A stretch of 62,409 nt of DNA. Source: a virus. Lineage: Duplodnaviria; Caudoviricetes. The position numbers were made by a program, and so were the translations under genes. Shown one piece after another: positions 19,764 to 29,982 of the stretch. How positions within the stretch are numbered: the stretch's first letter is position 1; the number at the start of each line of letters is the position of its first letter. The notes under the pieces are model-generated. The model had not been told where the DNA came from and did not search any database. It saw only the letters and a program-made list of their open reading frames with translations. The stretch spans positions 1 to 62,409 of the IMG/VR virus record IMGVR_UViG_3300001533_000597; one strand, written 5' to 3'.

Positions 19764-20907
19764 ATGAATAATACTAATTTACGTATGGGTTGGGATTTTG
19801 ATGGAGAAATTTATCGCATCAAAAGAAACAATGACCCAACAATTCCTCCATATAAAATCAAGATGATACCTACTAAAATCGTAGCTAATGTTGAAGTTGT
19901 AGATACTGGATGGCGCTATAAAAAGCCAAGACTTATTTGGTATAAGTGTATATATAATATGACACTATGGAGATTGTGGAAAATCAAACGTTTTGCTAAA
20001 AAACTTACCGATAAATTACATAAAGATATACGGATATATTTTTCACTATGGAAATGTGCTTGGCAAGATAGAAATGAACCTCGTGAAATTCCAGTCACAT
20101 ATAAGTTATCTATCTTAGATTTTTTACAAGATGATTTGGTTAGAGACTCCTAATATTCCTTTTCCTATCGAGTGCGAACATAAACTTATATGATAAGGGC
20201 ACATTTCAATATGCAAAAGACACCACCCACCATCACATGTGGAAATTTTTCTATTAAATACAAACAACTATATGACAATAGATATTTCTTTATTTATTAT
20301 AATAAACAAGAGATAGGAAAAATCCCTACGTCTTTACTAGATAGTATGAACTGGGGTGTTATATTTCCTAAATATTTCAGTGAGTATGTGGAATTAGACA
20401 GAATGGAAGACTTTATCCTACGCGTTCAGGCCCATAATAACTATTTGAATAATCTAGGAGACTAAAGATGAATGAACAACCAAGTCCATACCGCCCTGCG
20501 GCATTGCCTAAGCTGACCACTCCAATGCCACCTTCCTCATTGGCATTGCGGCTGGTAACAAGCCCCTACAGCTTGAGCTCAACGGATAATGTTGTGACAC
20601 ACCCAAAGCGGCAAAGGGAACGAGAGAACAAATAGTCAACCAGAAAGTAAAGGAATTAGAAATGTATAAAAATACTCCATCCTTTCACATTAATGATGTT
20701 GTGACACTCCATGATGATGTCCCTTTAATGAATCCAGAGCTATACAAAAGGGCTAGAATTGTAGAAGTGAAAGTAAATATGATTAATCAATGGACATATG
20801 GAGATATATATCACTATGTCATAATACCAGTAGATAAACCATTTGTGAAATTTAAGGCAATAATTGCTGAATCTGATATACTCGGATTAGTCAATGAGCA
20901 AGTTTAG
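19764..20907 (+). other. Three small hypothetical ORFs (19764-20153, 20190-20465, 20662-20907)
   Basis: + strand ORFs with no recognisable motifs. Confidence 0.45.
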
Positions 20908-22111
20908 AATTGAAAAGTTTTACAAAAATGATAAATTGGTTGCATGTGATATATCACTCATTGATAAGGTTCGTCTTGAGGTTATAGGCCCATGCATAAA
21001 AATGAACCAAACATATTGGACATATTATAATCCATATGCTTTTTATCACTTCAGTACTGAAATATTTAAATACATTACTGACGGTTGGGAACCACCAGCT
21101 AGGTTTAAAATAGAGGCCCACCATAAACTTAAACCCTGGTTCAAAAAACGTATATCCAAATTAAATGGCAAGAAATTGTATAATGTCTGGCTAGAATTAT
21201 TAGACGGTATAAATCCATTTCATTTACAGGTGGCCAAAAAATTGTTTGCTGCCAATTGGAGCGAGAGGGCTTTAGCTGGTGTAGACGTACTGACACAAAT
21301 AGATACTTACGATAAATTTATTTTAAATGATATTATTAATTATCGTCCCGCTGCTCAATTAGCACATAATGCACCCTATCGGCTTGATGAAGATTGGATG
21401 GAATATTTTGGCACAGTTAATAGAAGTCTACGAAGAACTCTTGCTAACTATCCACCGACCGTTAGTTGGCATACTACGGCACAATTACATAATTTATCAT
21501 TAACTAAACCACTTTTAACTAAAGCTGAGTTAGTAACAGTATGTGCCAGTACTCGCCGCCAACAATGGATTCCTTTAGCTATGAGGGCTAGTGTAGATAA
21601 AATAAGGGAAGCTGGACAAATTTGGAAGGGGGAGAATATAAATATTAGAAAAACCTCCGAATTACTCGAAGCAGCCTCTTTTATTACTGATTATCCAGAA
21701 ATGTATGGTGGCGACTGGGTAGGACTAGCCAGACGCTCACAAGAATGGCATAACGATTTGTATAGGGGTGGTGAACGATTTATACGTCAATTTGGCAATC
21801 TGAAAGACGAACAAACGACTAGGGAACCACCGATACCGTTGCCAATTAATAGTGAATTAAAGTTTTTAGATACCGTTGGTAGTATTAGAGACGAAGGGCG
21901 TAATATGCATAATTGTGTGGGTGCGTATGCACAGCAGGCATATGATGGAAATTGTTATTTATTTCACGCAGAAAAAGATAATGAGCGGGCGACCATAGAA
22001 GTAAGCTCAACCGGCAAGGTTAGACAATCCTACGGTCCATGTAATTGTACTAATAAATGTAGTGAGTGGGCTTTTAAGGTTTTAGAAAAGTGGGGTAAGA
22101 GTTTTCCATGA
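20894..22111 (+). CDS. PcfJ-domain protein
   Basis: SQEWH, DEGRNMHNCVGAY, RATIEV, Q..GPCN. Confidence 0.75.
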   Translation: MSKFRIEKFYKNDKLVACDISLIDKVRLEVIGPCIKMNQTYWTYYNPYAFYHFSTEIFKYITDGWEPPARFKIEAHHKLKPWFKKRISKLNGKKLYNVWLELLDGINPFHLQVAKKLFAANWSERALAGVDVLTQIDTYDKFILNDIINYRPAAQLAHNAPYRLDEDWMEYFGTVNRSLRRTLANYPPTVSWHTTAQLHNLSLTKPLLTKAELVTVCASTRRQQWIPLAMRASVDKIREAGQIWKGENINIRKTSELLEAASFITDYPEMYGGDWVGLARRSQEWHNDLYRGGERFIRQFGNLKDEQTTREPPIPLPINSELKFLDTVGSIRDEGRNMHNCVGAYAQQAYDGNCYLFHAEKDNERATIEVSSTGKVRQSYGPCNCTNKCSEWAFKVLEKWGKSFP

Positions 22112-22311
22112 AAAATAGATATATTGTAAAAGAAGATAATCTTTCTAAGTATGATTTGGGTTATCCAAACGCCCGCGTATATCGCCTATATGATAGGATA
22201 CAGCAACGACTATCATTATCGTATTATTTAACATATGAGGCCGCCCAAATAATGGCAGATAACAAGAATGAGCAATCTAATTAAAAGTTATAATAACCCA
22301 ATTAGGAAAAT

Positions 22312-23409
22312 ATGATGAGTAAAGATATGAGGTTTTTGTTTATCGCCGCCCTATTCTTAATCTTCTTTCTGCCTCACCATCTTTATGCTCAATGGCACCA
22401 ATATAAACCAATAAGACAAAGCTCTTACGGTTGGCCTACGAGTGAGGTGGATAGTAGATTACAACCTAATAATATCTATAAGGAAGCAGACCAAAATGGG
22501 TATATCCATGAGGGTATTCATGGTATTAATGGCCATTTGCGAGCGGGTAAGGTTCGTACTAATGCCGCATTTTATTTAGGGCAACAGGGTTTATACGCAT
22601 TATTAAAAGAACCACCAATAACCTTAAGGGATATTTCGCGGGATGTTCCCCAAATATGGAGGGATTCTATATACCAATTATATTTAGTACAACAACGACA
22701 ATATTGGAATAATGAACCACTATATATTTTAGATGAGGCCGTAGCATATTTAGGAGGGGCCATAGGTGAAATACATAATCCTACTAATCAACAACCATAC
22801 CGTATTTCTCACTGTATACAGTTTAATGAGTTTCTAATTATACTTTTGAAATATGTGAATAGCTTATCGGAAAGTCAATATTCTAATGAAGACAAGGCCA
22901 AATTACAACGAGTAATTCACTTTCATATTTATTATACCTATAAGACATTAAAACTTGCACAATCCAAAGGTATATTAATTCAAGACCATATAGATAAATG
23001 GAAGTTAGTGGTCAAAGATTGTGAGGGTTTGTTTAGTAGTCAAGTTAAGGCTAGCCAATTTAATAATTTAGATGAGGCTATTGCGTGGTTACAGAAGCAT
23101 AAGGACTATCATGGACTTTTCGTTTTCCTGACGGCAGGATGGTGCGGGCCATGTCAGCTAATGAAACAACAAACCATACCTTGGATTAAAGAGGAATTAG
23201 GAAAATCAAAAGTGGTGTATTATCAGTTGGATGTAGATAATGAGAGGGAGGCGGTTGCTATGTTAAAGGAACGAGGTTATTTCAGAGGGGGAGTGCCTGC
23301 ATATATTTTAACCTCTCGCAATAGAACTCTTGGTATAGGAGAAGGATATAAAACACCCACACAATTTCGTAAATGGTGGATGAATCAACTGGAGAAAAGA
23401 AATGAATAG
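22312..23409 (+). CDS. Exported HExxH protein fused to a C-terminal thioredoxin domain
   Basis: Signal peptide ending LYA; HEGIH; ILDE; TAGWCGPC; GVPAY. Confidence 0.7.
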   Translation: MMSKDMRFLFIAALFLIFFLPHHLYAQWHQYKPIRQSSYGWPTSEVDSRLQPNNIYKEADQNGYIHEGIHGINGHLRAGKVRTNAAFYLGQQGLYALLKEPPITLRDISRDVPQIWRDSIYQLYLVQQRQYWNNEPLYILDEAVAYLGGAIGEIHNPTNQQPYRISHCIQFNEFLIILLKYVNSLSESQYSNEDKAKLQRVIHFHIYYTYKTLKLAQSKGILIQDHIDKWKLVVKDCEGLFSSQVKASQFNNLDEAIAWLQKHKDYHGLFVFLTAGWCGPCQLMKQQTIPWIKEELGKSKVVYYQLDVDNEREAVAMLKERGYFRGGVPAYILTSRNRTLGIGEGYKTPTQFRKWWMNQLEKRNE

Positions 23410-23797
23410 ACGTGAATTATTAAAAGCTAGTATGTTAATTCCTTTGGGATTTATACCATATATAGATGGAGTTGCCGTAATAGATAGTCCAGAATCAACT
23501 GGTACCATTTGGCATGAAGTGCGCATTTTAAGAGATTATCTTGAGGGCAGGCGTTATGATGTTTACTATCGTGCTATGGGTATATTAAATTTGCAATATG
23601 AGGAGGCTTTATCTGATAAATTTTGGATTGCCTGGGATAAACATTTTACAGATGTGGGCTATAAATCCTCTATTGATTTTTTCTCTTATATGGAAGATAC
23701 TTATGGGTCAGTAAATTATGATGAGATTATAATCGCGTGTATCTATGATATAAGTAAGGTGGAGTTTCGATTTAACATATCGGTTCATATAGCATGA
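23402..23797 (+). CDS. Hypothetical protein with twin-arginine-like N-terminus
   Basis: MNRRELLKASMLIPLGFIP. Confidence 0.5.
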   Translation: MNRRELLKASMLIPLGFIPYIDGVAVIDSPESTGTIWHEVRILRDYLEGRRYDVYYRAMGILNLQYEEALSDKFWIAWDKHFTDVGYKSSIDFFSYMEDTYGSVNYDEIIIACIYDISKVEFRFNISVHIA

Positions 23798-23847
23798 TAG
23801 TATGTTGGTATTTTCTAACCCTTCCGCTTACAACCGAGTCCAACCAA

Positions 23848-24579
23848 ATGATAGAGAGACTTAGACAATTAGTTCATATCCTTGAAAAGTTAGAATCACG
23901 GGACGACAATGTATATAGGATATATGAAGCTAAAGCCCTATATACCCAATTTAAAGATAAATTATCTATATCAGAGGATAACTGGATACAATCGGTCTTG
24001 TTTGATAAGCCTATAGAAACCATTGTAGATAATAGTCAAACCGATATTCTAAGTATTATACAAAACAGGCGTAGCGTCAGGAAGTGGACTAATAAGGAAG
24101 TATCTATAGTTGATATTGCTTTAATGCTATTAGCGGCTCAATATGCGCCAAGCTCATGTAATAGACAGATACCAGAATTTATCGTCATATATGATAAGGA
24201 CGTTATTGACAAATTAGCACAATGTAAAAATCAATCATTCATTAAGAACGCCTCTTGTTGTATTGTTGTAGTAGCCGATTTATCTAAGTATAATAACGGC
24301 GACAAATTATATTTTGCCCATTGTGATAGTGCGGCCGCTATTCAAAATATACTATTAACTATTCACTATTTGGGCCTTGGTGGTTGTTGGGTTAATACCG
24401 CTACCGATGAAACAAAAAACAATATTTATGAGTTACTTCATTTAGATAAATCCTATATTGTAGGTGGGATTATTCCTATAGGTCATTATGATTATACTCC
24501 TAAAATTCCAGGTCGCAAACATACTCAGTGGTATCTAAATTATTATGGTAATCTTCCTAATTCCTCTAAAAAATCCTAA
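23848..24579 (+). CDS. Nitroreductase-family flavoprotein
   Basis: RRSVRKW, APSSCNRQ, AAIQNILL...GLGGCW. Confidence 0.88.
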   Translation: MIERLRQLVHILEKLESRDDNVYRIYEAKALYTQFKDKLSISEDNWIQSVLFDKPIETIVDNSQTDILSIIQNRRSVRKWTNKEVSIVDIALMLLAAQYAPSSCNRQIPEFIVIYDKDVIDKLAQCKNQSFIKNASCCIVVVADLSKYNNGDKLYFAHCDSAAAIQNILLTIHYLGLGGCWVNTATDETKNNIYELLHLDKSYIVGGIIPIGHYDYTPKIPGRKHTQWYLNYYGNLPNSSKKS

Positions 24580-25297
24580 AAATTGTGTAGATTATGAAAA
24601 GGTATGGAGACATTTAGATTATACATTGTATAGTTGTACACAACAGACCTCTAATGACTATCATATTTTTGTTGGATGTAATAAGGTTTTACCTTTAGAT
24701 ATATGTAAACGCTTAGATAAGGTTACTTTTGTACAAAGTTTTAGTCGACACTTACCAACCTTTTGTATTGCTCCTAACGATAGATTTACAGCTAATATAT
24801 CATTACATCGGCATCATTATATAGATAAAACAATTAAACGCAAAAGATGTATTAATGCAGCTTACATATGGGCCAATTTTGAAAAAATCCATATATCTGA
24901 TTTTGTGATGATGGATGCTGATGATTTCATTTCTCCACTATTAGTACAATTTATTATAGATAATCCTAATCCAATTTGGATAATTAATAAAGGTATTAGA
25001 ATTTGTAAAAATAGATATGCAAATCTTGATAATATACATGAGATTTGTGGAAGTTCTGTAACCATTGATGCCGATACTTTATTGATGTATCCCAATGAAA
25101 GAGACTGGTTAGGTAATCATTATGTATACCATAAATTTAAAGGTAGACAATTTATTCCATTTCCAGCTACGGCATATGTAATTCACGATGAGAACTACAC
25201 TAAGAATATTTATCGTTATCGTAATGATATGCCACTGGTAGTAGACGAAACCATCATTCAACAATATGGAATTCCAAAGGAATATTTAGATGCATAA
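24545..25297 (+). CDS. GT-A (GT2-like) glycosyltransferase
   Basis: FLIPL, TLYS..QQT, MMDADDF, ICGSS. Confidence 0.6.
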   Translation: MVIFLIPLKNPKNCVDYEKVWRHLDYTLYSCTQQTSNDYHIFVGCNKVLPLDICKRLDKVTFVQSFSRHLPTFCIAPNDRFTANISLHRHHYIDKTIKRKRCINAAYIWANFEKIHISDFVMMDADDFISPLLVQFIIDNPNPIWIINKGIRICKNRYANLDNIHEICGSSVTIDADTLLMYPNERDWLGNHYVYHKFKGRQFIPFPATAYVIHDENYTKNIYRYRNDMPLVVDETIIQQYGIPKEYLDA

Positions 25298-25499
25298 ACA
25301 TTATCCCAATAGTATAGGGGATGGCTCGTTCTCTAGAGAAGAAATTGAAAAGGGCTATATAGCTCTACATACTGATTATACTTGTGTGTTTTGTGGAAGG
25401 GTCCAATCTGTTGCCCAAATGGGCGGATATGGTGGTAGTTGTATAAAATGTGGAAAAAATTCACGGCAATGTGCTGGTAAAGCGCGTGGGAGTAAATAA
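25290..25499 (+). CDS. Small Zn-ribbon protein
   Basis: CVFC...CIKC. Confidence 0.5.
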   Translation: MHKHYPNSIGDGSFSREEIEKGYIALHTDYTCVFCGRVQSVAQMGGYGGSCIKCGKNSRQCAGKARGSK

Positions 25500-25781
25500 A
25501 TGCCATTAATTAAGACTAAAAAGGGCTGCTGGAAATGGGGCCAATCTGGGAAAGAATATTGTGGCCCTGGCGCTAAAAAGAAAGCGATTAAACAAGGATA
25601 TACTATAGACAAAAAGCATTTCAAAGAGGAAATGTCTAAATCTAAGTTAGATACATTGGAAGAATATCAAGAGACATTAAGAGAAATACATGAGGTATTA
25701 GCAGAAGCAAAAGTTCCCTTTGCGGACAGGGTGCATATAGGATTAGCAATTCAACATAGTTTTGCAGAAGCTATAGAATGA
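25500..25781 (+). CDS. Small basic phage protein
   Basis: WKWGQSGKEY.G..AKKKAIKQG. Confidence 0.6.
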   Translation: MPLIKTKKGCWKWGQSGKEYCGPGAKKKAIKQGYTIDKKHFKEEMSKSKLDTLEEYQETLREIHEVLAEAKVPFADRVHIGLAIQHSFAEAIE

Positions 25782-25854
25782 ATTACTTTCAAACTATTTG
25801 CAGTTTATCAAAATCGCTATGTACTATATCTGCGAAAGGAATAAGAGGTACTAA

Positions 25855-25970
25855 ATGAATATCGTGCATTATATAATCGGTTTTTATAATCCGCCGCAAG
25901 GTGGAGTTGAAGTAGCTGTGCGAGACATAGCCAAAATGACGCCCGAGCACAATCATATTGTGTTATGTAC
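25855..25970 (+). repeat. 116-bp direct repeat, copy 1 (copy 2 at 26324-26439 is the 5' end of the GT4 gene)
   Basis: Identical except two substitutions (A/G and T/C); encodes a 39-aa ORF ending TAG at 25972-74. Confidence 0.92.
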
Positions 25971-26327
25971 ATAGGGGCTGATTTAAAAAAGTATGTGGTA
26001 TTACATCAAGTGCGGCATCCTTTAGACAACATAGCTTCATTACATTCCATATATCATTGGCCGAAATATGATAAATGGTGTCATTATATAGATTATCATC
26101 ATGACTCACTATTGATGACATGTATGAAATATTGGTATCATTGGAATAAAAGGTGTGAGGCATTAGCTTTGCATACCTATAAAGTTGAAAATATCAAATC
26201 TTCTCTCCCAAAGAACATTAATACAAGACCCCACCTAACATTAAGCTGGGAACAAATTAAAGAAGAATCGAACGAATATTTTGATAGGATTGTTCAATTG
26301 GGAAACCACTACGGATATAAGATATGA
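25965..26327 (+). pseudogene. N-terminally truncated sulfotransferase-like gene
   Basis: HQVRHPLDNIAS resembles the 3'-PB motif, YKVE; no 5'-PSB loop; start lies inside the repeat. Confidence 0.5.
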
Positions 26328-27385
26328 ATGTCGTGCATTATACAATCGGTTTTTATAATCCGCCGCAAGGTGGAGTTGAAGTAGCTGTGCGAGACATAGC
26401 CAAAATGACGCCCGAGCACAATCATATTGTGTTATGTACGCATGGGTGGTCTACCCATTGTTTTAGTTATCGTAATCAAGCACCATTTGTACCAGAAAAA
26501 AGTACGCATTTTGATAGCTCTACTATCCAGCGTATTAAACAAGAAAAGCCGGATGTTTTGATAATATATGCTGGGGACTGTGGAGCTATGCTAATTCCAC
26601 TTTTGGAACCATTAGGTTGTAAGAAAATAGTACGCGTACAAGAAGGCATGGCAAACTGTGCTCCATTTGAACAAGAAGCGTTAAGTATCTTACGAAATTA
26701 TGCGGATGTAGTGGTAACATTTAAAGATAATGCTTTAAAATATTACCAAACTAATAATATCCAAACCGTATGTATTCCGAAAGCATATGATGACACATAT
26801 TTTAATCTTAATGGGCGTTCTGATTTTATTGGTACTCGATATTTGTATGTGGGGCGTGATAGTCAACTTAAGAACGTAGATAAATTTGTAGAATTATTCA
26901 AGCGATATGCACAACATGATGAAACATTATATATGGTAGGAGGGGCTAATAATAATCCACATTCTTTTGCACGATTTCGCTCACATAATATTTTTACGCA
27001 AAGCTGGGTATCACAAAAAGAATTATCTAATTTTTATAAACAATCAGATTTTGTAATCTTACCGTCTTTTCTAGAAACATTTAGCTCTACAGCATTAGAG
27101 GCTATGGCAAGTGGATGTATTTTAGTCATTAATAATAGAACAATGCCGTGGACCGATGGTTTATGTATAAATGGTGCCTCTTTTGTTTCTCAAGAAAATT
27201 ATCCAGATATTAATTTATCTAATCCACAAGGTCTAAATGAAGCCCTACAATATTGTATAACAACGGGGAAGATGGCCAAATATGTTAATTTAAATTGGCC
27301 AACTATAACCAAGGATATAGCATCTACTGTACACAAACGATATTCATATTCCACTGTACAGTCTTTATGGAAAGACATCTTATGA
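26324..27385 (+). CDS. GT4 glycosyltransferase
   Basis: GGVE, YVGR...KNV, ILPS..ETFS..ALEAMASG. Confidence 0.88.
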   Translation: MNVVHYTIGFYNPPQGGVEVAVRDIAKMTPEHNHIVLCTHGWSTHCFSYRNQAPFVPEKSTHFDSSTIQRIKQEKPDVLIIYAGDCGAMLIPLLEPLGCKKIVRVQEGMANCAPFEQEALSILRNYADVVVTFKDNALKYYQTNNIQTVCIPKAYDDTYFNLNGRSDFIGTRYLYVGRDSQLKNVDKFVELFKRYAQHDETLYMVGGANNNPHSFARFRSHNIFTQSWVSQKELSNFYKQSDFVILPSFLETFSSTALEAMASGCILVINNRTMPWTDGLCINGASFVSQENYPDINLSNPQGLNEALQYCITTGKMAKYVNLNWPTITKDIASTVHKRYSYSTVQSLWKDIL

Positions 27386-28200
27386 ATTTTGTATCTTACT
27401 CACAATTAATTCAAGATACTATAAATTTTGCACATCAACTACCACGATTTGATGCTGTGGCGGGAGTACCTCGTAGTGGTATGCTACCAGCGTCTATCAT
27501 AGCCCAACAATTCCATTTACCTATCTATACTTTCCCATATGGTTGGATATCCAATGAATATGGTACGAGATATCCTATTAATATTTCTGATAATCCAACC
27601 ATCCTATTAATAGAGGATTGTGTAACAACAGCTACCCATCTATTACAGGCTAAGAACAATTTGAAATATAAAAATATTATTACGGCCGCTGTGTATGCCA
27701 CGTCGCCCAGCAGAAACAAACTAGATTATTTTTATACAATATTGGAACACCCCCGTATTTTTGAATGGAATTTATTTCAATCTCATATTGGAACTAAATC
27801 CTTATTTGATTTTGATGGTATTTATTGTAAAGACCCACCACTAGATGATGATGGCCCAAAATATACAAAATATATTAGCAACGTAAGACCCTTGCGATAT
27901 TTACCACAAGTATTGGGTATTGTCACATGTCGCCTTAACAAATATCGAGATATTACAACGCGGTGGTTAAATCAAAACAATATGAATTATACACATCTTC
28001 ATATGATGGAGTATAATACAGCAAGAGAAAGACAACAAGATGGTAAATATGGACAATGGAAAGCTGAAATATACCAGCAATATAAGGATGTACCAGTCTT
28101 TGTAGAAAGTAATATTAATCAAGGAAAAACGATAGCCCGTATTACTCAGCGTCCAGTTATAGTCATAGATGATGTTAATCAAATTAAAACAATACTATAA
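27382..28200 (+). CDS. Phosphoribosyltransferase plus HAD-like fusion
   Basis: GVPRSGM, LLIEDCVTTA (PRPP loop), FDFDG, IVTCR, FVES. Confidence 0.7.
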   Translation: MNFVSYSQLIQDTINFAHQLPRFDAVAGVPRSGMLPASIIAQQFHLPIYTFPYGWISNEYGTRYPINISDNPTILLIEDCVTTATHLLQAKNNLKYKNIITAAVYATSPSRNKLDYFYTILEHPRIFEWNLFQSHIGTKSLFDFDGIYCKDPPLDDDGPKYTKYISNVRPLRYLPQVLGIVTCRLNKYRDITTRWLNQNNMNYTHLHMMEYNTARERQQDGKYGQWKAEIYQQYKDVPVFVESNINQGKTIARITQRPVIVIDDVNQIKTIL

Positions 28201-28214
28201 ATGAAATATATTAA

Positions 28215-28730
28215 ATGAGAATTTTAGAAATAGGACCAGGTAAATCTAGAATTCCTAATGCAGATACTTTAGATATCACTAATGATTGTACATATAGAGC
28301 GGTATGGGGCGTTGATAAATTACCAATCGCAAACAATAGTTATGATTTAATATATACATCTCATGTATTAGAACATGTACCTTGGTTTCAAACTAAGGCT
28401 GCATTAGAAGAAGCATATAGAATACTCAAGAATGGGGGTTGTATTGAAATTTGGGTTCCTAATTTTAAATATATAATAGAATGTTATATACATAATCAAT
28501 ACGGTGACGATTGGATTAAATATAATAATAGAGAGTATCCTATATGTTGGGTAGCAAGTAGAATTTTTAGTTATGGCCCAAATTTTAACTGGCATAAAGC
28601 TATTTTTGATGAAGATTATCTTCGTTTTTGTTTAAATAACACTGGTTTTACCAATATAGCATTATTGGATAAACCACGTACAGATTCGCATGGTCCTATT
28701 AATTTAGGCATTACGGGTACAAAATTATAG
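28215..28730 (+). CDS. Class I SAM-dependent methyltransferase
   Basis: ILEIGPG, SHVLEH, RILKNGG, WVPN. Confidence 0.85.
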   Translation: MRILEIGPGKSRIPNADTLDITNDCTYRAVWGVDKLPIANNSYDLIYTSHVLEHVPWFQTKAALEEAYRILKNGGCIEIWVPNFKYIIECYIHNQYGDDWIKYNNREYPICWVASRIFSYGPNFNWHKAIFDEDYLRFCLNNTGFTNIALLDKPRTDSHGPINLGITGTKL

Positions 28731-28747
28731 TTAGGATATATTGTTCT

Positions 28748-29371
28748 ATGAATTACGATACATTTCTAAAACTATTAAAAGAATGGACCCCATTTGCCTT
28801 TAGTAGGTGGGGAGATGGTGAATGGTTAAATATACGTGGTACCCAGGGTTATAATTGTGATGGTAACTACTATTTCAATGATTTGGGAAAGCGCCTTAAG
28901 GCCATAGTCAGTAAATCACAATCTTATTATATGGGTGCCCAATGTAATCCCAACTTATTGTCTGATAAGCACCTATATAATCAAAACTGGTTTGATTCTA
29001 CATTTTTAGTCAAGGCCAATATTGATGGTACACTATACAAATTTACAGATATTCTTAAAACAAGACACGTAGTATATGTAGGCAACGAAACTCTAAACAA
29101 ATTATCTTTTATAGATAGTTTTATTAGGATTCCTACGAAAGATGTTTGGATAAGGTATGAAGAATTTTTAGATACCATTAAGCATATAGTTATGTTGAAT
29201 GATGTAGTATTATTTTCGGCCGGTATGTGTGCAAATGTTTTTATTCACGACTTATGGGCATGGAAGGATACCGCCTCATATATTGATGTGGGTGCTATTT
29301 TTGACCCATATGTAGGTAAGTTATCTCGTGGCTATCATAAAAACTTACAGTTGGACCCTAAAATATGTTAA
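28748..29371 (+). CDS. GT-D-fold glycosyltransferase-like protein
   Basis: FSRWGDGE, LFSAG, IDVGAIFD. Confidence 0.6.
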   Translation: MNYDTFLKLLKEWTPFAFSRWGDGEWLNIRGTQGYNCDGNYYFNDLGKRLKAIVSKSQSYYMGAQCNPNLLSDKHLYNQNWFDSTFLVKANIDGTLYKFTDILKTRHVVYVGNETLNKLSFIDSFIRIPTKDVWIRYEEFLDTIKHIVMLNDVVLFSAGMCANVFIHDLWAWKDTASYIDVGAIFDPYVGKLSRGYHKNLQLDPKIC

Positions 29372-29982
29372 AACAATATAAAGCTACATTTTTCCATGTA
29401 GAAAAGTGTGCCGGCTCCAGTATTAAGACTTGGCTAAAACCCTACACTGATATTCTTTACTTTCATACATTAGGAAAAAATGAGAGGGAAGATGGTAATG
29501 TTGGGCCACATTTTTCTCCCAACCATTTTATGCAAATATATGGTGTAGAAGAATGGGCCAAACTAGGTTTTACGTTTGCCTCAATTCGTAATCCGTGGGA
29601 GCGCCTAGTATCTCTCTATCTCTATCTTAAAAGAACCCCTAAACACGCCTGGACACGAGATAGGAATTGGCAAAAAGAAAGTGAGTATGCTAATAATCTT
29701 TCCTTTGCTGAATATATCCAACGCCATCCCCCACCATCAATACAGCAACGCATATGTTTTAATGGTGCCATTATGATGGATTATTTAATTCGCTTTGAAT
29801 GTTTGGCCGGTGACATAGAAATACTACAAGATATACTACAAATGGAGCATGGGCCACTCTTGACATATGAAAAGCGAGCACCACAGTACCATTGGAGAGA
29901 TTTTTATACGGATAGCTTGCAAAAATGGGTTCACGATTATTATTATTTTGATTGTACTCAATTAGGATATACATACGAATGA
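29365..29982 (+). CDS. Sulfotransferase family 2 protein
   Basis: FFHVEKCAGSSI, IRNPWERLVSLY, IRFE.L, D...LGY. Confidence 0.85.
   Translation: MLKQYKATFFHVEKCAGSSIKTWLKPYTDILYFHTLGKNEREDGNVGPHFSPNHFMQIYGVEEWAKLGFTFASIRNPWERLVSLYLYLKRTPKHAWTRDRNWQKESEYANNLSFAEYIQRHPPPSIQQRICFNGAIMMDYLIRFECLAGDIEILQDILQMEHGPLLTYEKRAPQYHWRDFYTDSLQKWVHDYYYFDCTQLGYTYE

Noticed and set aside
25855-26439. Diversity-generating retroelement TR/VR pair
   Set aside because: Only two mismatches, one not at adenine; the repeat is at the gene's 5' end; no reverse transcriptase in the window
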